A DNA stretch of 52,123 nt from Bacillota bacterium (GTDB lineage: Bacteria; Bacillota; Bacilli; Alicyclobacillales; SLC66), in contig JAJZCL010000001.1 of NCBI GenBank assembly GCA_021846165.1, forward strand, positions 1-52,123. Direction: 5' to 3'. Shown piece after piece: positions 51,091 through 52,123 of this stretch; positions within the stretch are counted from its first letter, which is position 1; the number at the start of each line of letters is the position of its first letter. Position numbers and translations under genes: made by a program. The notes under the pieces were generated by a model. It was not told the origin of the DNA. It worked only from the letters and a program-made list of their open reading frames with translations, and ran no database searches.

Positions 51091-52123
51091 ATGAAAAATA
51101 CTATCTGCATCGTTGGTTTGGGTTTCATAGGCCTACCTTTAGCCATGTCTTTTTGCGAAAAGGGACTTGCTGTCATCGGGTTGGATGCTGATCAACACAA
51201 GATTGGACAATTGCGACAAGGCCATACTTCGGTTCATGAAGACTATCACGGGGAACCGCTTGTTACTGTGTTACGTCGCCATCTTCAAAGTGGCAGTTTC
51301 ACACCCACTTTCCAGTGGCATGAAACGACGGCGAGTAAGTCATTTATTGTGACTGTCGGTATTCCGGTTGGCCTCGAAGGAGAACTGAACACGCAGCCGC
51401 TGTTGGCGGCAATGAACGACCTCGGACAGGCTCTTAAGCCAGGGGATTTGGTTCTCATTCGCAGCACCCTGGTTCCTGGCATGATGGAAGAACAACTGAT
51501 TCCACGTTTAAGAGCAGCGAGCAAAATGGAGCCAGGTGTGGATTTTCACATCGCCTATGCGGCAGAACGCGTGGCGGAAGGCCGCGCCATGTACGAGTTT
51601 CAAACGCTCGACATTGTACTTGGCGGATACACGAAGACCTGCGCCTCCATGGCAAAAGATTTGTTGGCTGAATTGACTTCAGGACAGTTGCATAGTACGA
51701 CAATGGCGATTGCCGAAGCGGTAAAGGTTGTGGAAAATGCGCAACGAGACGTCAATATCGCGCTCGCCCAACAACTAGCTCGTTATGCGGAGTCACGACA
51801 CATGAATGTCAACGAGTTGATCCGTATGGCGAATACGCATCCCCGAGTCAATCTTTTGGAACCCGGAATTGGCGTCGGCGGTTACTGTATTCCGAACGCT
51901 TACCACTACTTGAACGCCTCACTTGATGACGAGAACGCTTTGCCGCTTTTCCGTCTGGCACGTCAAATTAACGCCTATGTTCCTAATTACCTGATGGACA
52001 GGCTGGCGGGAGAGTTGTTGGCTATGGGCAAACCCATTGCGAAAAGTCGCGTCGCTGTGCTAGGGCTTGGTATGAAGGACGGTTCTAACGACACACGCAA
52101 CAGCCCTGCCGTCGATTGCGCGG
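51091..52123 (+). CDS. UDP-glucose/GDP-mannose (UDP-ManNAc-type) dehydrogenase family protein; the 3' end runs off the window
   Basis: Absent from the ORF track because the frame is open to the window edge. ATG at 51091: MKNTICIVGLGFIGLPLAMSF (Rossmann fold), AYAAERV.EG, VENAQRDVNIAL, and GVGGYCIP (catalytic Cys). Confidence 0.85.
   Translation, partial: MKNTICIVGLGFIGLPLAMSFCEKGLAVIGLDADQHKIGQLRQGHTSVHEDYHGEPLVTVLRRHLQSGSFTPTFQWHETTASKSFIVTVGIPVGLEGELNTQPLLAAMNDLGQALKPGDLVLIRSTLVPGMMEEQLIPRLRAASKMEPGVDFHIAYAAERVAEGRAMYEFQTLDIVLGGYTKTCASMAKDLLAELTSGQLHSTTMAIAEAVKVVENAQRDVNIALAQQLARYAESRHMNVNELIRMANTHPRVNLLEPGIGVGGYCIPNAYHYLNASLDDENALPLFRLARQINAYVPNYLMDRLAGELLAMGKPIAKSRVAVLGLGMKDGSNDTRNSPAVDCA

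Overview
This 52.1-kb window looks like it comes from a moderately GC-rich, endospore-forming Firmicute. The taxon is an inference from gene content: Bacillales-like, possibly an Alicyclobacillus relative given the sulfoquinovose genes.

- **Positions 1-27,010** are almost all minus-strand and reproduce the conserved origin-proximal Bacillus gene order in inverted orientation: tadA, tRNA-Ser, SRP RNA, dnaX, ebfC, recR, yaaL, bofA, (MurJ/SpoVB-like, DUF1641), csfB, yaaO, tmk, yaaR, holB, yabA, rsmI, abrB, (pro-sigma-K-like, membrane protein), metG, tatD, rnmV, rsmA, ykuK-like, yabG, veg, sspF, (cphB-cphA), ispE, purR, ridA, spoVG, glmU. Parentheses mark genes that interrupt the Bacillus subtilis order as I recall it.
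- **27.1-37.6 kb** carries asnB, a guanylate-kinase-like gene, a GNAT-first Pat-like acetyltransferase with a Sir2 deacetylase, three tandem paralogous soluble MCP-like genes, and an AMP-forming acyl-CoA synthetase.
- **37.7-40.0 kb** is the most interesting part. A tRNA-Arg(CCU) with its own promoter and terminator is followed by an AT-rich islet. The islet holds decayed IS200/IS605 tnpA/tnpB relics and an apparently intact type III toxin-antitoxin (abortive-infection type) locus. That locus runs: sigma-A promoter, 4.3 tandem 40-nt repeats (ToxI-like RNA antitoxin), hairpin terminator, then a ToxN/AbiQ-family endoribonuclease gene. The supplied ORF track fuses the repeats to the toxin ORF.
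- **40.1-52.1 kb** carries a ThrC-like/aldehyde dehydrogenase/class-III aminotransferase/panD cluster, a sulfolipid cluster (sqdB, gtrA-like, sqdX), galE, a PatB/MalY-type lyase, a CBS protein, and a partial nucleotide-sugar dehydrogenase.

All calls come from reading the sequence and the translations. No database search was run.
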